Source of the DNA: Eledone cirrhosa
Lineage: Eukaryota
Reading direction: 5' to 3'
DNA length: 64,000 nt
Assembly (NCBI GenBank): GCA_964016885.1
Contig: OZ024741.1
Location: forward strand, 332,754,001 to 332,818,000
The notes beneath the pieces are model-generated. The model did not search any database. It was not told the origin of the DNA and saw only the letters and a list, made by a program, of their open reading frames with translations. Positions within the stretch are counted from its first letter, which is position 1. The number at the start of each line of letters is the position of its first letter. Shown one piece after another: positions 38,473 through 53,017 of this stretch. The position numbers and the translations under genes are program-made.

Positions 38473-39567
38473 TATATATATATATATACACACACATATG
38501 TATGTGTGTATATATGTATGTGTATGTTTACAAATCTGCACTACATACATTTGGGGGTTGGTCAAATTTTTGTAAACAAACATTATCTCTAAGAGGTGGT
38601 GAGAAAAAACAAATAAACAAACACTTGGTAGATGAGATATAGTGTTCCCTTCCACACTACCTGTGCTTCTGTGGAGTTTACACTTTTTAGAGAATGTACT
38701 GTGTGTTAATTTGGGAAGCTTTATTGAGTGATGTGTAAGAAGTTGATCCTGTTAGTTTACCAGAGAATATGACCTTAAATCGTCTGTGTCTCCTGGGAGC
38801 TAGCTGCTCAGTTTAATGCCGCCACCTGGTCCTTGGCTGCTTTTGCAGAATCCATTCTGGTCTGATTTTTTATTTGATGGTTTCTTCCTCCCTCTGACTA
38901 GCTTTGAATACCCTAAAAGGTGTCATGGGCACACTGCCTGTCCCTCAGGCTTGGTTCCTTGTCTGATCATACCTTCCTCCCTGTCCTCTGAAGGTCCTGA
39001 ATAGTGTCATAGAAACTGCCCTACCCTCAGTGCTGGTTTCTTACCTAAGGATATCTTTCCCACCCTCTGAAGGTCCTGAAAAGTGTCATGGGCACATTGC
39101 CCTTCCTTACTTGACAACATATTAAACAAACATAGTTTATTTACCCTATTTAATGTCCATTCTTCTGATATATATCTTGTCATCTCCTGTATTCAACTGA
39201 CAATATTAGTTTGTATAAATAGTTTATTGTTTGTAGACAATATACATTTGAAACTGCCCTGCCCCAAACCAGCTCTGGTTCTAAGAAACAAAACCACCCA
39301 TTTTAAAGAGTTGATAAGTAAATTCAGCATATATACTCAAATAAAAGCCGACCCCTTTATTTTTTATTTGTGAAAAGAGCAAAAATCCAAACCCTGTCTA
39401 TAAACCCAGGCAGTTAATCAACACATTATGTTTATATGGTGAATATAATTTGATCCTACCATTTTACCATCAACTTTCTGGCTTATATTCAAGTATACAT
39501 GGTAATTCTTCCAACATATTTTAATATAAGAACCTTTTGTTAAAATTTGTTCCAAATACTATCTTAA

Positions 39568-39786
39568 CCCTTTAGCATTTAAACTGGCCATATTCGCCCA
39601 GGATTCTTTCACCTCTTTTTGTTCAAACAGGCCATAACTGGCCACTCATACTTATGTTAAGGTATTGTTCTCAAAATAAATAATATCAAAATCTCATAGA
39701 TTTGATATTATGAGATAATTATATGTGGTAAAGCCTTTACCGTGAAAATACAATAGTAAATATAGAATAATGTAAATGCTAAAGAG
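39568..39786. mobile_element. piggyBac-type MITE, copy 2
   Basis: TTAA|CCCTTTAGCATTTA ... TAAATGCTAAAGAG|TTAA. Confidence 0.85.
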
Positions 39787-41026
39787 TTAATAATGAACAT
39801 TTTAAATAATTTTAATAATTCCCTCCAAATTCTTCGTTAATTCTTTGAAATACAATATATCTTAATAGAAACATAGTAATGATATAGTTAACATTTTGTT
39901 ACCATATAAAGCCTTTTTTACCAAACTGCCTGGAACCATCTCTTGTTCTATGACAGAAAACTGTTTATTTTAAAGTGTTTATATTTAAATAAACACATTG
40001 CATCATAATTTTATGTTCTGATTTGGGCTCAAAGCCAACAATTTTGGGGGGATGGGAAAGTCAATTAAATTGAGCCCAATCCCTGTAAGGATGAAAGACA
40101 AAAGCTAACTTTGGCTAGATTTGAACTCGGAACATAAATGGACGTAGCTCTACCAATTACTGCTAATCTACTGCCCTTAAAAACAAAAAAAAAAAACACC
40201 TGCTTAATAATGAAAACATTAGTTATATTATTAAATCCCTTCAAATCTTTTGTTTTTATTTTATTTCTAAAATAAATTTGAGAATCCTAAGTAGTATGTT
40301 TCACTAGAAATATGGTAATGAAAGGTTTAAATATGCCCCAGAAGAGGAGTTAACATAAAAACAATTCATGCAATGTGGTTGACAGAACCATTCTTTGATA
40401 TTAAATCATAGAATATCTGGAATATTTTATCAACTTTAAATTAAGAATTAGTGTAGATATTTCATAAAAAGACACCTTCATCCATGAAAGATAAAGTTCT
40501 ATTATAATAATAATTTTCTACAGATCTCCTCCTCCTCTTCTTCTCCCCCCCCCCCCACCCATCATCATCACCCCCCCATCCTCCCCCACTTCCTTCTCCT
40601 CCTCCTCCCCCACCACTCTCTATATCATTTCATCTAAAACTGAAATAAAGACATGACGCAGTGAAGTAAGTGAGGTAGAGATATATGCAGGACAGCATGC
40701 AAACCTAACCTAAATGATGATAACGTTATCAACTATATAATTCACTTAATGGATATGGCTGGATATGGCTTCCATTAAAGCAATGTTATCATCTTCGCTA
40801 TATACATATACATACATACATGTATATGTATGTATGTATGTATATATATATGTATGTATGTATGTATATATATATATAAATGCATATTTATTTATACACA
40901 CATACATGTATATATTCCTATATTATATATATATATGTACATACATACTTACATACATATATGCATATTTATTTACACACACACACACACATATATATTC
41001 CTATATTATATATTATATGTATATAT

Positions 41027-41060
<34 letters not shown>

Positions 41061-41419
41061 ATATAGGTATATATATATATTTATGTGTGTGTGTACGTGT
41101 GTATGTATATTTGGACACATTATTATTATCATTAAAGATGGAATATATGCCTGTGAAATTAAAGACACACCATGTTATTGTAAGTCTGCTAAATGATATA
41201 TTCTTGGATATTTTATTTGTCATCTGTACGTACAGTCTTCCAGTAAATGATGCACAATGCCTAATTTACAGAAAATTAAATGTGCAGCAGGAGATCGTTG
41301 ACAGGTGATGGAACCAATTATTATTTTTTTTGTATTTTTTTAGAGGGAGGAGGGTTGTTTGTGTGTGTATGTGTTCTTTTTTTTTATCAAACATCTTATA
41401 ATATTTATGTATATACATA

Positions 41420-42185
41420 CCAGGGTCGGCTGAAAAGTTCATAAGCTGAGCAGGATACTCACATGGAATGACGAAATGAGGTTTATTTTTCGACCTAGTC
41501 CCTGGAACGAAATAATTCAGTTATTAATAAGAAGAGTTGAAATTAATGCATACAAGATTTCACAGCACTAGCATCATTCCTTCATAGACTGACCAAGATA
41601 CTCTCATGGAATGACCAAATGAGGTTTATTTTTTGATGTAGTCTCTGGAAAGAAACAATGCAGGTATTAATAAGAAGAGTTGAAATTAAAGCATGCAAGA
41701 TTTCACAGCTCTAGCAGCACTCATTCATAACCTGACCAAGATACTGTCGACGAATGACCAAAAATGGTTTATTTTCAACATAGTCCACGGAAAGAAATAA
41801 TTCAGTTATTAATAAGAGTTGAAATTAAAGCATACAAGATTTCACAGCTCTAGCATCACTCCTTCATAGGCTAACCAAGATATTCTCATGAAATGACCAA
41901 ATGAGGTTTATTTTTCAACATAGTACTTGGAAAGAAACAATGAATTTATTAATAAGCAGAATTGAAATTAATGCATGCAAGATTTCACAGCTCTAGCATC
42001 ACTCCTTCATAGGCTAACCAAGATACTCTCATGGAATGATCAAATGCAGTTTATTTTTCAACATAGTCCTTAAAAAGAAACAATGCTGTTATTAATAAGA
42101 AGAGTTGAAATTAAAGCATGCAAGATTTCACAGCCCTAGCACCACTCCTTTATCATCACCCTATGAACTTTTCAGCCCACCCTCG
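41420..42185. mobile_element. mariner-type MITE with about 5 internal tandem units of about 140 bp
   Basis: TA flanks; TIRs CCAGGGTCGGCTGAAAAGTTCATA / TATGAACTTTTCAGCCCACCCTCG; repeated unit 'gaccaagatactctcatggaatgaccaaatgaggttt...gatttcacagctctagcatcactccttc'. Confidence 0.85.
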
Positions 42186-42929
42186 TATATCTTATATCTT
42201 ACAAATATTATGTTCGTGCATATATATTCCTTCTATACTTAGGTGAAAATATTGATATATAAAAAGAAATTTACCATTCATTTCTTTCTCCATCAACTAT
42301 TAAACATTTATTTTGTTTGCTATTTTTTTCCTCCATTTTAATGTTGTCGATTTATTAATTTTTGTTATTGTCTTATATATTTAAAAAAATATTTTTTTAT
42401 ATTTTTAGAAATATTTTGGGGGTGGGTGGGGGTGGGGAAGGGAGATTTTTGCTACTTTTTTCCTACCCTTTATTTGTTTTTGTCTTTGTTTTATATATTT
42501 TTTAAATATATTTTTTGTTCTATTTTTCAGGGGAAGGAGAATGTGTTTTTTTATTTTTGTTTGTTCATTTTTTTTCTCCCCCACCCCTGAATTTAATGCG
42601 TTAAGTCTGCTTTGTAAATTTATATGAAGTGAATAGTGATTGGGCTGATTATTTTTTTTTTAATTCCAGCCAAAGAGGAGATATATTTCTGATTTGTGAT
42701 TAGAAAAGAAATGGAATGAAAAGTGAAGAGTCCGACAACCGACTGATTTACAGATAATAATGGCCATTTCTTACTATGGTTGGCCATTCCAGCTAGTAAA
42801 AGCCATTCAGCTTTGGTAGAGAAGAACATATTATGTATAGATTTCTCAAGATATTGGTTTCCAGTGTTTTCCAGCCTAGAACAACATTGATTATATTTGT
42901 AAGTTTCTAATGGCCTTAGTAGTAGTAGC

Positions 42930-42963
<34 letters not shown>

Positions 42964-43728
42964 TGAGTCGTATGATCTTTTAAGTGATAGTGTTTATTTG
43001 GAGGGGGTGTTTTTGCTGTTGCTGTCATTACTATTGTAGATGCTGTTGTTGCAGTTGATGCTTTTGTTATTGTTGTTGTTGCTGTTGTTATTGCTGTTAC
43101 TGTTGTTGGTTGTTGCTGTTGCTGTAGTTGATGTTATTGTTGCTATTGTCGTTGTTGTTGATGCTGTTGTTGTTGTTTACCACCATGTTAGTTTGGAGTA
43201 GAAACAGAGCTATGGTCAAAGATATCCCAGCTATGAACATTAAATCTTCCGTATAATTAGGATTACATTATCCAGTGTATCCTATCCAGTGTCTTTCAGA
43301 CTATAGTCTATGGTTTCAAGGAATTTAGCTGCCATTTTCTAGCAAGTTGAGAAGCCACATTGACTTGGTGAAGAATTGGGGGTTTGTAGTATTGTTAGTA
43401 GTATTAGTAGTGTTAGTATCAAGGAAAACTGACATTAAAGCTTTCCTTATTAACCTATGCCCAACCCCAGAAGTGGAGAGATACTGTACTGAGAAGGACC
43501 TATCCAACCCATGTAAACATGGAAAAATGGATGTAATAATGATGATGTTGATGATGAGCCTTGTTACACACTGTGTCCAACTTAATCTCCCTGAAAGTTA
43601 TGTTAAGAGTACACATGTCTATGGAATACTCAGCGCTTGCAGACTAATTTCATAAGCAGACTTTTCCATTAGTCAAACAACTAGAATACTCACTGTTGAA
43701 ACCAAACATAGGTCCATTTCACCTTTTA

Positions 43729-43949
43729 CCCTTTAGCATTTAAACCAGCCATATTTGGCCAGCATTCTCGCACCTTTTTCTGTTCAAACTGGCTGTAACT
43801 GGCCACTCATACTGATGTTAAGGTATTGTTCTCAAAATAAATAACATCAAAATCTCATAGATTCGATATTATGAGAGATAATTATGTGAGGTAAAGACTT
43901 TTCCATGAAAATACAATAGTAAATATAGAGTAATGTAAATGCTAAAGGG
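43729..43949. mobile_element. piggyBac-type MITE, copy 3
   Basis: CCCTTTAGCATTTA ... TAAATGCTAAAGGG|TTAA. Confidence 0.85.
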
Positions 43950-44262
43950 TTAAGTTAGACATTTTTTGCTTGAATGTTGGGAACAATTGACACATTAAAT
44001 AACATTCTTTCAATAATATTGATTTCTGATTTAGGCACAAGGTTAACAATTTATGATGAGAGAAAAGTCAATTATATCAACCCCAGTACATGACTAGTAT
44101 CTTATTTTATCATCGCTGAAAGGAAAAAAAAAGCAAAGCTAACTTTGGTGGGATTTGAACTCAGAATGTAAAGGACCATAACTATATGTTGCAAAACATG
44201 TTGTCCTTTGGATATCACTACCCTTTTGTTCCTGTTTGTCCATGATTATAATTCAGGTATTT

Positions 44263-44430
44263 ATGAGGATTGCCTGAAAAGTTCATAGGCTGACCGAGAT
44301 ACTCTTATGACCAAATAAGGTTTATTTTTCAATATAGTCCTTGGGAATAAACAATGCAATTACTAATTAATGCATGTAAGATTTTACAGCTTTAGCATCA
44401 CTCCTTCATACTTTTCAGTCCACTTTCGTA
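44263..44430. mobile_element. Single-unit version of the mariner-type MITE
   Basis: Same termini (CTGAAAAGTTCATAGG ... ACTTTTCAG..CAC..TCGTA) with only one internal unit. Confidence 0.75.
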
Positions 44431-46459
44431 TTTATCATAAAATGTCTTGTTTGTCCACACACAGTATTCTGTCCCTCATATTATTCATCTCTTCCAAGCA
44501 ATGCCTTTTTAATTTCAAAGTGCTCTCATGGTAGGACCTGAAGCTATTGTTTATTTTCAACTGTTTGCCTACCTGGAAACTGTGAATTAAGAGGAGACAC
44601 ATAAAGATCACAAATGTTCATTGTAATTGTATTTGTCATGATCCCCTGTTGTTAAGTGATGTTCCAGACACTAACATAATAATAATTTAGTTTATTACTA
44701 ATATATTACTAATTCTCTCCAAATTTTTGAATATTTTCAAAATTATTTGTAAATCATACGTAATGTCTTTCATTAGAAATATGTTAACGAAATGGTTAAA
44801 ACATTCCATCATAATTTAAGAGATTTATTTATGTTTCAAACATTGGTTTATTAATGTAAAGTTGAGCTTGCTGAGTTTTGAACTCAGGGAGCTGAGAGCC
44901 CTAATGAACACCACAATGCATTCTATTCAACATTCTAATGACTCTGATAATTCGCTGTCTCAGTATAGGGAGATATATTAAGTCTACAGAATCTGTGCTA
45001 TTATCATCAGCATATTTCTTCTTTATCAATATTTTACATCTGTTTACCATGCTGATATGGGTTGAATGGATTGTCAAGTTCTGAGACCAAACGAGTCGGA
45101 GCAATCTCTTCTAACTTATATATCCAAAGTTGGCATGGGTTCTATGGCTAGTTGGCCTTCCTAATCCCAAGTACCTTACAAATTGTACTAGGTACATTTT
45201 TTTCATATCACCAACACTACTACTTTACAGAGTGCACAGGGTGTGTTTTCTTGTGGCACCAATACTACCCCTTTACAGAGTGAACAGGGTGCATTTTTTC
45301 ATGGCATGAACGCTACAACTTTACAGAGTGTACTGGGTGTGTTTTTTTTGTATCCACACTACTACCACTTTATACTGCTGTATAGTGATTACGTTTTTTT
45401 TTTTGTGATACTGAGGCTGCCACTTTAAGGAGTGTAGTGGTTAGGTTTTATCATGTCACCATCACGAGATCAGTTGTCAATTGTTTGTCTAGATTGAAGG
45501 GTCCTCTCAAACCCTCTATTGTCTGCATTTGATTGCTAACACCATAATCTATGACCATGTTTACTTGAACTTTAGGAACAAAATAAAAGTCAGATAAATA
45601 TCACCTCCTATTTAGAATACATGTATTACACACACATACAAGCATGTACGTACCAATGCACACATGTTCATATGCATGCATGTATCTTCCCACACATGTA
45701 TGTATGCATGCACCTATGCACACATGTATGTATACATGTATATAACTACACACACATGTATGTAAACATGCATATACCTACACACACATGTACCAACACA
45801 CACATAACCCTACACACATATCTACCTATACACACATGTATGTATGCATACACATATGTACCTATACACAGATGTATGTATGTATACACATATGTACCTA
45901 CAAACACGTACCTACATATATATCTACCTACACACACACACATGTGTGTGACCTTAATTTTCAACTTTCTAAAAGTTTAGCTCCCACCCCCCTATCTTAT
46001 TTTAATTAACAAAAACCCAATCTATGCAAAATTTTAGCTTAAGCGGACAACTACAAGGCTACCCTCATTGACTGTGAAATTTTGAAGTTTTCGCCTGGAA
46101 AGTCAATTTTTCAGATAAACATTTTTTTTATCTCTTATATAATTTTCTCTTAAATTAAAAACTTGTTCAGACATATTCTTGGTATTAGAAGGATAAGCGA
46201 CAATAAATATAATGGGGGAGGCAACTTGCAAAGCTGGGGACAGAGCGCAGGTATAGGGCAAATACATATGTTTCACAGTGGGAGCAGCAACATTTTAACA
46301 TTCGGAAAATTACCTATTGCTAAGGGCCACCCTAATATAGATATATCGTATGTGGTTAACAGCTGAGAGAAATGAGTACTCAGTATTGAGTAATATATAT
46401 ATACATATATGTACATATATACATTTAAGAGATATGATATGTATATATATATATATATA

Positions 46460-49405
46460 TCTAGATGCTTGAACGTAAGGAGGTTGATGTTTGCTGTATT
46501 CAAGAGACCAGGTGGAGGGGTGGGTCTGCTAGATTCATTGTGGGTAAAAAACGATGCTATAAGCTTTTCTGGGTGGGAAATGACAATGGGCTGGGTGGAG
46601 TAGGAATCATGCTATCAGAAAAATGGGTAGATAAGATAATAGACGTAAATAGAGTGAACGACAGAATAATTAAAATAAGACTTGTCCTCAATAGAACTAC
46701 TGTGACAATAATATCTGCGTATGCACCCCAATCCGGACTGCCTGGCATTATAAAAGACAGATTCTATGAGTCGTTAATGCTCACTACCCCCAAAATAACT
46801 GACAGTGATTATATAATTATTGCTGTGACGGCTATGATGGAATCCATGGAGGCTATGGGTTTGGTACTAGAAATGAAGAAGGCTCCAGAATCCTGGAATT
46901 CTGTGACGCAAATAACCTAACTATCTGTAACACAAACTTCAAAAAACGAGACAATCACTTGATCACCTATAGATCAGGGGAACACGCCAGTCAGATCGAT
47001 TATATCCTTACCAGAAGACGTGACAGAGTGTCTGTTGTAAACACTAAATCCCTCCCCCATGAAGAATACATCTCCCAACATAGCCTCATAGTTAGCAACC
47101 TCATAGTCAGGACGAGACATACTCGACAACAGAGGAGGACTATCCTTAGGAGAAAAATATGGAAGTTAAAGGACCCCACAGCCAGTAATAAATTTAAAAG
47201 CATATTACTTGATGCTTTTGACAGTAAGGAAGAGCAATTAGTCGTAAAATACAGAGGAACAGTGGGATTTCCTGAAAGCTAACCTGCTGAAGGTGACAGA
47301 TGAAATCTGTGGCTGGAGGAGCAGACCTATAGGCAGGAGGAGAGTAACTTGGTGGTGGAACAGTAAGGTGGAGGAGTCGATCAAGGCCAAAAAGCAGGCT
47401 TGGAAAGTATGGCGGGATGGGGGAAGTAGAGAAGACTATCAAGTGGCCAGGAGGGAAGCTAGGAGACAAGTGTACTTCACAAGAAGGGAAGCAGAGGAAA
47501 GAAAGTTCAAGCATGTTCTACAACGCGAGGACCAAAAACGTGAGGTGTTCAGGATTGCTAGGCAATGTGTCAATGAAAACAGTGATATTGTCGGGGAGAA
47601 GTGTGTCCGTAATGATGATGGTGTACTTGCCATCACTGATGCTGATAAGAAGGATGCTTGGAAGTGTCACTACGACAGGCTACTAAATGAGGAGAATAAA
47701 TGGGAGAAAGACAGTCTCCCCAACATCGATCCAATAGAGGGACTAGCAGTGCAAGTTGAAGGTAGTATAATAAGTAAGGCAATCAAGGATATAAAGACGG
47801 GCAAGGCGGCTGGGCCTTCGGAAATAGTTTCTGAAATGCTGAAAGCATCTGGAACGGTGGGACACACTATGGTCACCCGGATAGTAAACCAAGTCATACA
47901 GAATGGGGTCGTACCAAAGGACTGGCGTAGCAGCATCATCATTAACTGCTACAAGGGTAAAGGAGATGCCCTAGATAGGGGAAACTATAGAGGCATTAAG
48001 TTAATTGACCAGGTCATGAAGGTCACAGAAAAAGTAATAGCGCAACTAATCAGAGAGCGAATTGATCTAGATGAAATGCAGTTTGGGTTTGTGTCAGGTA
48101 AAAGTACCACAGACACTCTTTTCATTGTACGACAACTACAGGAGAATCCCCTAGCTAAAAGTAAACCCCTATACTTAGCTTTCGTTGACTTGGAGAAAGC
48201 CTTTGACAGAGTCCCACGCCCCATTATCTGGTGGGCTCTCAGAAAACTAGGTGTTGATGAGTGGCTTGTAAGAGCTATACAAGCCATGTATAAAGAAACA
48301 GTCAGCAAGGTTAGAATTAACAACGAATATAGTGAAGAGTTTAGCGTAAAAGTTGGTGTTCATAAGGGCTCCGTCCTTAGCCCCCTCCTATTTATTATCG
48401 CCCTCCAGGCTATAACTGAGGAGTTCAATACACAGATGATCTAACGCTCATAGCTGAATCAATGGCTGAACTAGAGAAGAAATTCCAAACATGGAAGCAT
48501 GGCCTAGAATCAAAAGGCCTTAAAATTAACTTGTCTAAGACTAAAGTTCTAATATGTAGGAAGGAAAATAGGGCACTGGTCCCATCTAGGAAATGGCCAT
48601 GCTCAGTGTGTAGGAAAGGAGTAGGCAGAAACTCCATTTTATGTACCAAATGCAAAGTATTGGTGCATAAAGGATGTAGTGGTGTCACAGGTAAGCTAAC
48701 TAAGAATATAGATTTTATATGTGGCCGGTGCTCAGGTGCAATAAGTAGCAGCAAATGCTACAGAATACTAGCTCATTCCATTGTCCAGATGGTTCTATAG
48801 AAGTAGTGGATATGTTCCGGTACCTGGGTGACAAAATCAGCAGTGGTGGAGGGTGCTACGAAAGTACTGTAGCTAGAGTCAGAACGGGATGGAAAATGTT
48901 CAGAGAGTTTATACCACTATTGGCCGCTAAAGGTTTCTCTCTAAAAATGAAAGGCAGACTGTATGATGCCTGCATACAAACAGCGATGTTACATGGCAGT
49001 GAGACATGGGCCTTGTGTGCAGAGGATCTACGCAGACTGGAGAGGAACGAAGCTTGCATGCTCCGTTGGATGTGTAATAGTAATATACGTGAACAGCAAA
49101 GCATAAATGAACTAAGTGAGAAATTAGGAATAAGAGGGATCAGATGCTGTTTACTCGAGAGAAGACTACGCTGGTATGGTCACATGATGCGCATGAAAGA
49201 CGACAGCTGTATAAAAAAGTGCAAGGCAATAAAGATAGACGGTAGCCACGGAGTAAGCAGACCCAGAAAAACCTGGGACGACTTGATAAATTCCGACCTC
49301 ACACACTTACACCTCTCCAAGACAATGTCACTGGACCGAGATCTTTGGTGCTACGCAGTAATACAGAAGACCCACCTTGCCTAAGTACAAAGCAAAACCT
49401 ACAGT
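46460..49405 (+). mobile_element. Near full-length decayed RTE-clade LINE, family B
   Basis: APE (VDVCCIQETRW, ISAYAPQ, SQIDYIL); RT (NYRGIKL, FVDLEKAFDRV, GSVLSPLLF); PHD-like insert; LRWYGHMM. Frameshifted, with a short deletion at the YADD region (about 48428). Confidence 0.95.
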
Positions 49406-49562
49406 AAAAAAAAAGGGGAAAGATGCCAAACTCATTCAGGATTACAATAATATTCTTACAAAAGATGAAACTGAGAAACAATTTTTTTTAGTTTTACAGA
49501 TCGCTACTGAAAACCGTAAAACATACCCAACTGCCACTAAATCCTCTCTTATGCAAAAATAA

Positions 49563-49828
49563 GGCCAGCAATTATCCCAGTGCATTACTGGTACTTTATT
49601 TTATCAACCTCATAAGGATAAAAGGCCAAGTTAACCTCGGCGGGATTTAACTCAGATCATAAAGGGCCGTAACTCTATGCTGCAAAGGCATGGCGACCGA
49701 CCCTCTACTGATACAGATTGGCAGTATCGGTAGAGAGTCGGACACCTTACGGGGTCAATAAAATAAAGTCCCAGTAATGTACTGGGTAGTTGCTGGCCTT
49801 GTGCCAAAAGTAGAAACAATTATTTTTT
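49563..49828. mobile_element. Head-to-head pair of Nin-like SINEs within one TSD
   Basis: Direct repeat CTCTTATGCAAAAATAA at 49546-49562 and 49829-49845; left copy on the minus strand, right copy on the plus strand with an internal deletion. Confidence 0.8.
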
Positions 49829-50419
49829 CTCTTATGCAAAAATAATGTTCAATATTCAGTGTTCAATGTTCACATTATGTTTTTGATTCAATAGAAATTA
49901 TTGTTGTAAATAAAAATGTGTTTCTCTTTATTAAGAAAACCTAATATTTAAGTTTTTCATGTTATTTCATGAAATTTTTCAAATCAAATTTTGGTAAATT
50001 TGATTCAGAATGTTTTTAAACATTTGCTGGGGTTGCCTGGATGTGTCCACATAAATTTCTCTAAGAAGAAAAAAGAAAATTGTTGAGACAGGGAACAGTA
50101 TATCGCTTTTGAACAGAATTAATCGTTGCATATACTATGTTCTAACTTCACGGCGTTTGAGGGTCACCTAACAGTTATCCAATTGAGCTGAAATTTTGCA
50201 CACTATGTCCTTTTGTTGATTCAAACAGGATTAAGGGATGGGAGCAGCAAACTTTTAACTTTCTGAAAATTATCTATTGCTAAGGGCCACCCTAATGTAT
50301 ATATATAAATACATATCTGTATTTATTAAATTACTACCATGTAGTCATCGCTGGCTCAGTTGAGACACCAGTGGTTTATTTCAGTGAAATACTAGATAAA
50401 CATTGACAATAAAATATTG

Positions 50420-50735
50420 GATGACCTTGGGATTTGCACCTAGAAAGTTCCCCTCCGAGGACAAGTCTAGGCAAGGTTGTTTGTGGGAGACCAGCAGTCG
50501 CCCATGGATACCCGTCTTTCCTCTCCATGTCACTGATGATGTCCAAGGGAAAGATAATCGTTGATACAGCTTGGCACCAGTGACATCACAACTCATTTAT
50601 ACAGCTGAGTAAACTGGAGCAATGTGAAATAAAGTGTCTTGCTTAAGACACAACACATCACCCAGACCGAGAATCGAACTCACAACCTTCTGATTTAAAG
50701 CTCAATGCTCTAACCATTAAGCCAAGCCCCTTCAT
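50420..50735 (-). mobile_element. Full-length CORE-like tRNA SINE
   Basis: Minus strand TGGCTTAATGG A box, GTTCGATTC B box, CORE-like segment and 3' body. Confidence 0.8.
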
Positions 50736-51754
50736 AGACTGAAAACCAAAAAGAAAACTCACTAGATAATCTATGCTGATGTTGATGATGTTGATGATGT
50801 TGTTGATATTGTTGATATTATTGTAATTGTATCACTGTTATTGTTGTAGTTGTGTCATTGTTATTGTTGTAATTATGACATCATTGTTGTTGGTGTTGTT
50901 ATTGTTGTTGATAATACAGTAGTTGTGTCACCATTATTGTTGTAGTTGTGCCAACGTTGTTGTTGTTGTTTTTATGTCAACATCATTGATGTTATTGTTG
51001 TTATTGTTGTAGTTATGTCAACATTATTGTTGTTAGTATTGGTGTAGTTAAATCAACGTTATTGTTGTAATTGTTATTTTTGTTGTTGTTATTGTTGTTG
51101 TTGTTATTATTATTATTGTAGTTATGTCAACGTTATTCACATTATTATTGTAATAGTATCAATATTATTGTTGTTGATATTGTTGTAGTTGTGTCATTGT
51201 TATTGTTTCTAGTGTTGTTATTGTTATAATTGTATTAGTTGTTTTTGATCAGTGTATTACATTAATACAATTAGCATAAATATCTGTTCTTTAATGATAA
51301 CTACTGGAATCAGACTAGATAATATCAAACAAACAACAGCAGCAGTAACAGTAGTAGCAGTATAATATATCTATTGAGAATGCTAAAAGAATAAAATATT
51401 GGTTGATATTTTACATGTGTAACAGTATTTATCTCTGATATATTAATCAGATCAAATTGAAATATATGTCTTCGTTTATCAGGAAAAACTGAGTTGAAAC
51501 CAAAAATGTTTCAGCTCATGTATTCCCATATTTCTCTCTTCTCAAAGAATGACTGACGAATGACTGACTACACACGTTTTATTTAACACATTTGGGAATT
51601 TTGGCCTCTCTCTGAAACGAAATAACCCTTTTGCTTCGTGTGTGTTTTTTTAAAAAATAAAATCAGTTAAATCTTATCCTGATACTTAATAAGATGATTT
51701 TGTGGATTAAGCTAGGGTTACTTTTAGTCTCTAGTGTATTTAAGGGATGATGAA

Positions 51755-51791
<37 letters not shown>

Positions 51792-51801
51792 CATATATAT
51801 A

Positions 51802-51939
<138 letters not shown>

Positions 51940-52175
51940 TATATATATACACACATATATATATATACACATATATATATATATACACATATATATATAT
52001 ATACACACACATATATATATATACACATATATATATATACATATATATATACATATATATGTATATATACATATATATATATATGAACATATTTATATAT
52101 ACATATATATATATATATGTATAAACATGTGCATATATATGTGTATATATATATGTGTGTATATATGTGTATATA

Positions 52176-52258
<83 letters not shown>

Positions 52259-52808
52259 GTATTTAACTGAATTTAGTAGAAAAAAGTGTATGTTATAGCT
52301 TTATATAACAGTAGTCATCATCATTATCATTTTTACATTAGGTTTTCCATGCTTCCATGGATTGGATGGCTCATCATGAGCACTAAATCACTTGCTGTAT
52401 TCCTTTTGTCATCATCTCTGAGTTCAGATTTCGCTGCCTCTGTTGACCATCATCAATATCATCATCATCAGTTTTTCCATGCTTGTATGGATTAGATGGC
52501 TTATCATGAGTACTATATCTTGCCACTTGTTTTATTCATTCTATCATCATCTCTGATGTGAACTTTTGCCTTCTAAGTTTAGATTTCACTTTCTCTGTTA
52601 ATCATCATCATCATCATCATCATCATCAGTTTTTCCATGCGTGTATGGATTAACAGGGTCCTCATGACGATATAAGCCTCAGCATTTTGAGCTCAACTTT
52701 CACCATTTCTACCCATATCTTCCTTCGTCATCTTTTTCCACATCTCCCTATCATTTAGAATAGACACTTCTTTGTCTAACCCATGTAAGCATGAAAAATG
52801 GTCATTAA

Positions 52809-53017
52809 CCCTTTAGCATTTAAACCGGCCGTATCCAACCAGAGTTCTCTCCCCTCTTTCTGTTCAAACTGGCTGTAACCAGCCACTCATACCTACATGA
52901 AGGTTTTTTCTCAAAACAAAAAACATCAAAATCTCATAGATTTGATATTGTGTGAGATAATTATGTGCGATAAAATATTTTCTGGGAAAATACAAAAATA
53001 ATGTGAATGCTAAAGGG
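52809..53017. mobile_element. piggyBac-type MITE, copy 4
   Basis: TTAA|CCCTTTAGCATTTA ... GAATGCTAAAGGG|TGAA. Confidence 0.8.

Noticed and set aside
38890-39105. Three imperfect repeats containing 'cctgaa.agtgtcat'
   Set aside because: Too degenerate to classify or interpret.
46260-46336. Shared terminus 'CTATTGCTAAGGGCCACCCTAAT' (also about 50240-50296)
   Set aside because: Probably one end of a DNA transposon; both copies have the same orientation and no partner TIR was found.
46460-49405. Potentially active LINE
   Set aside because: Frameshifts and damage at the catalytic YADD region; no copy in the window is intact.
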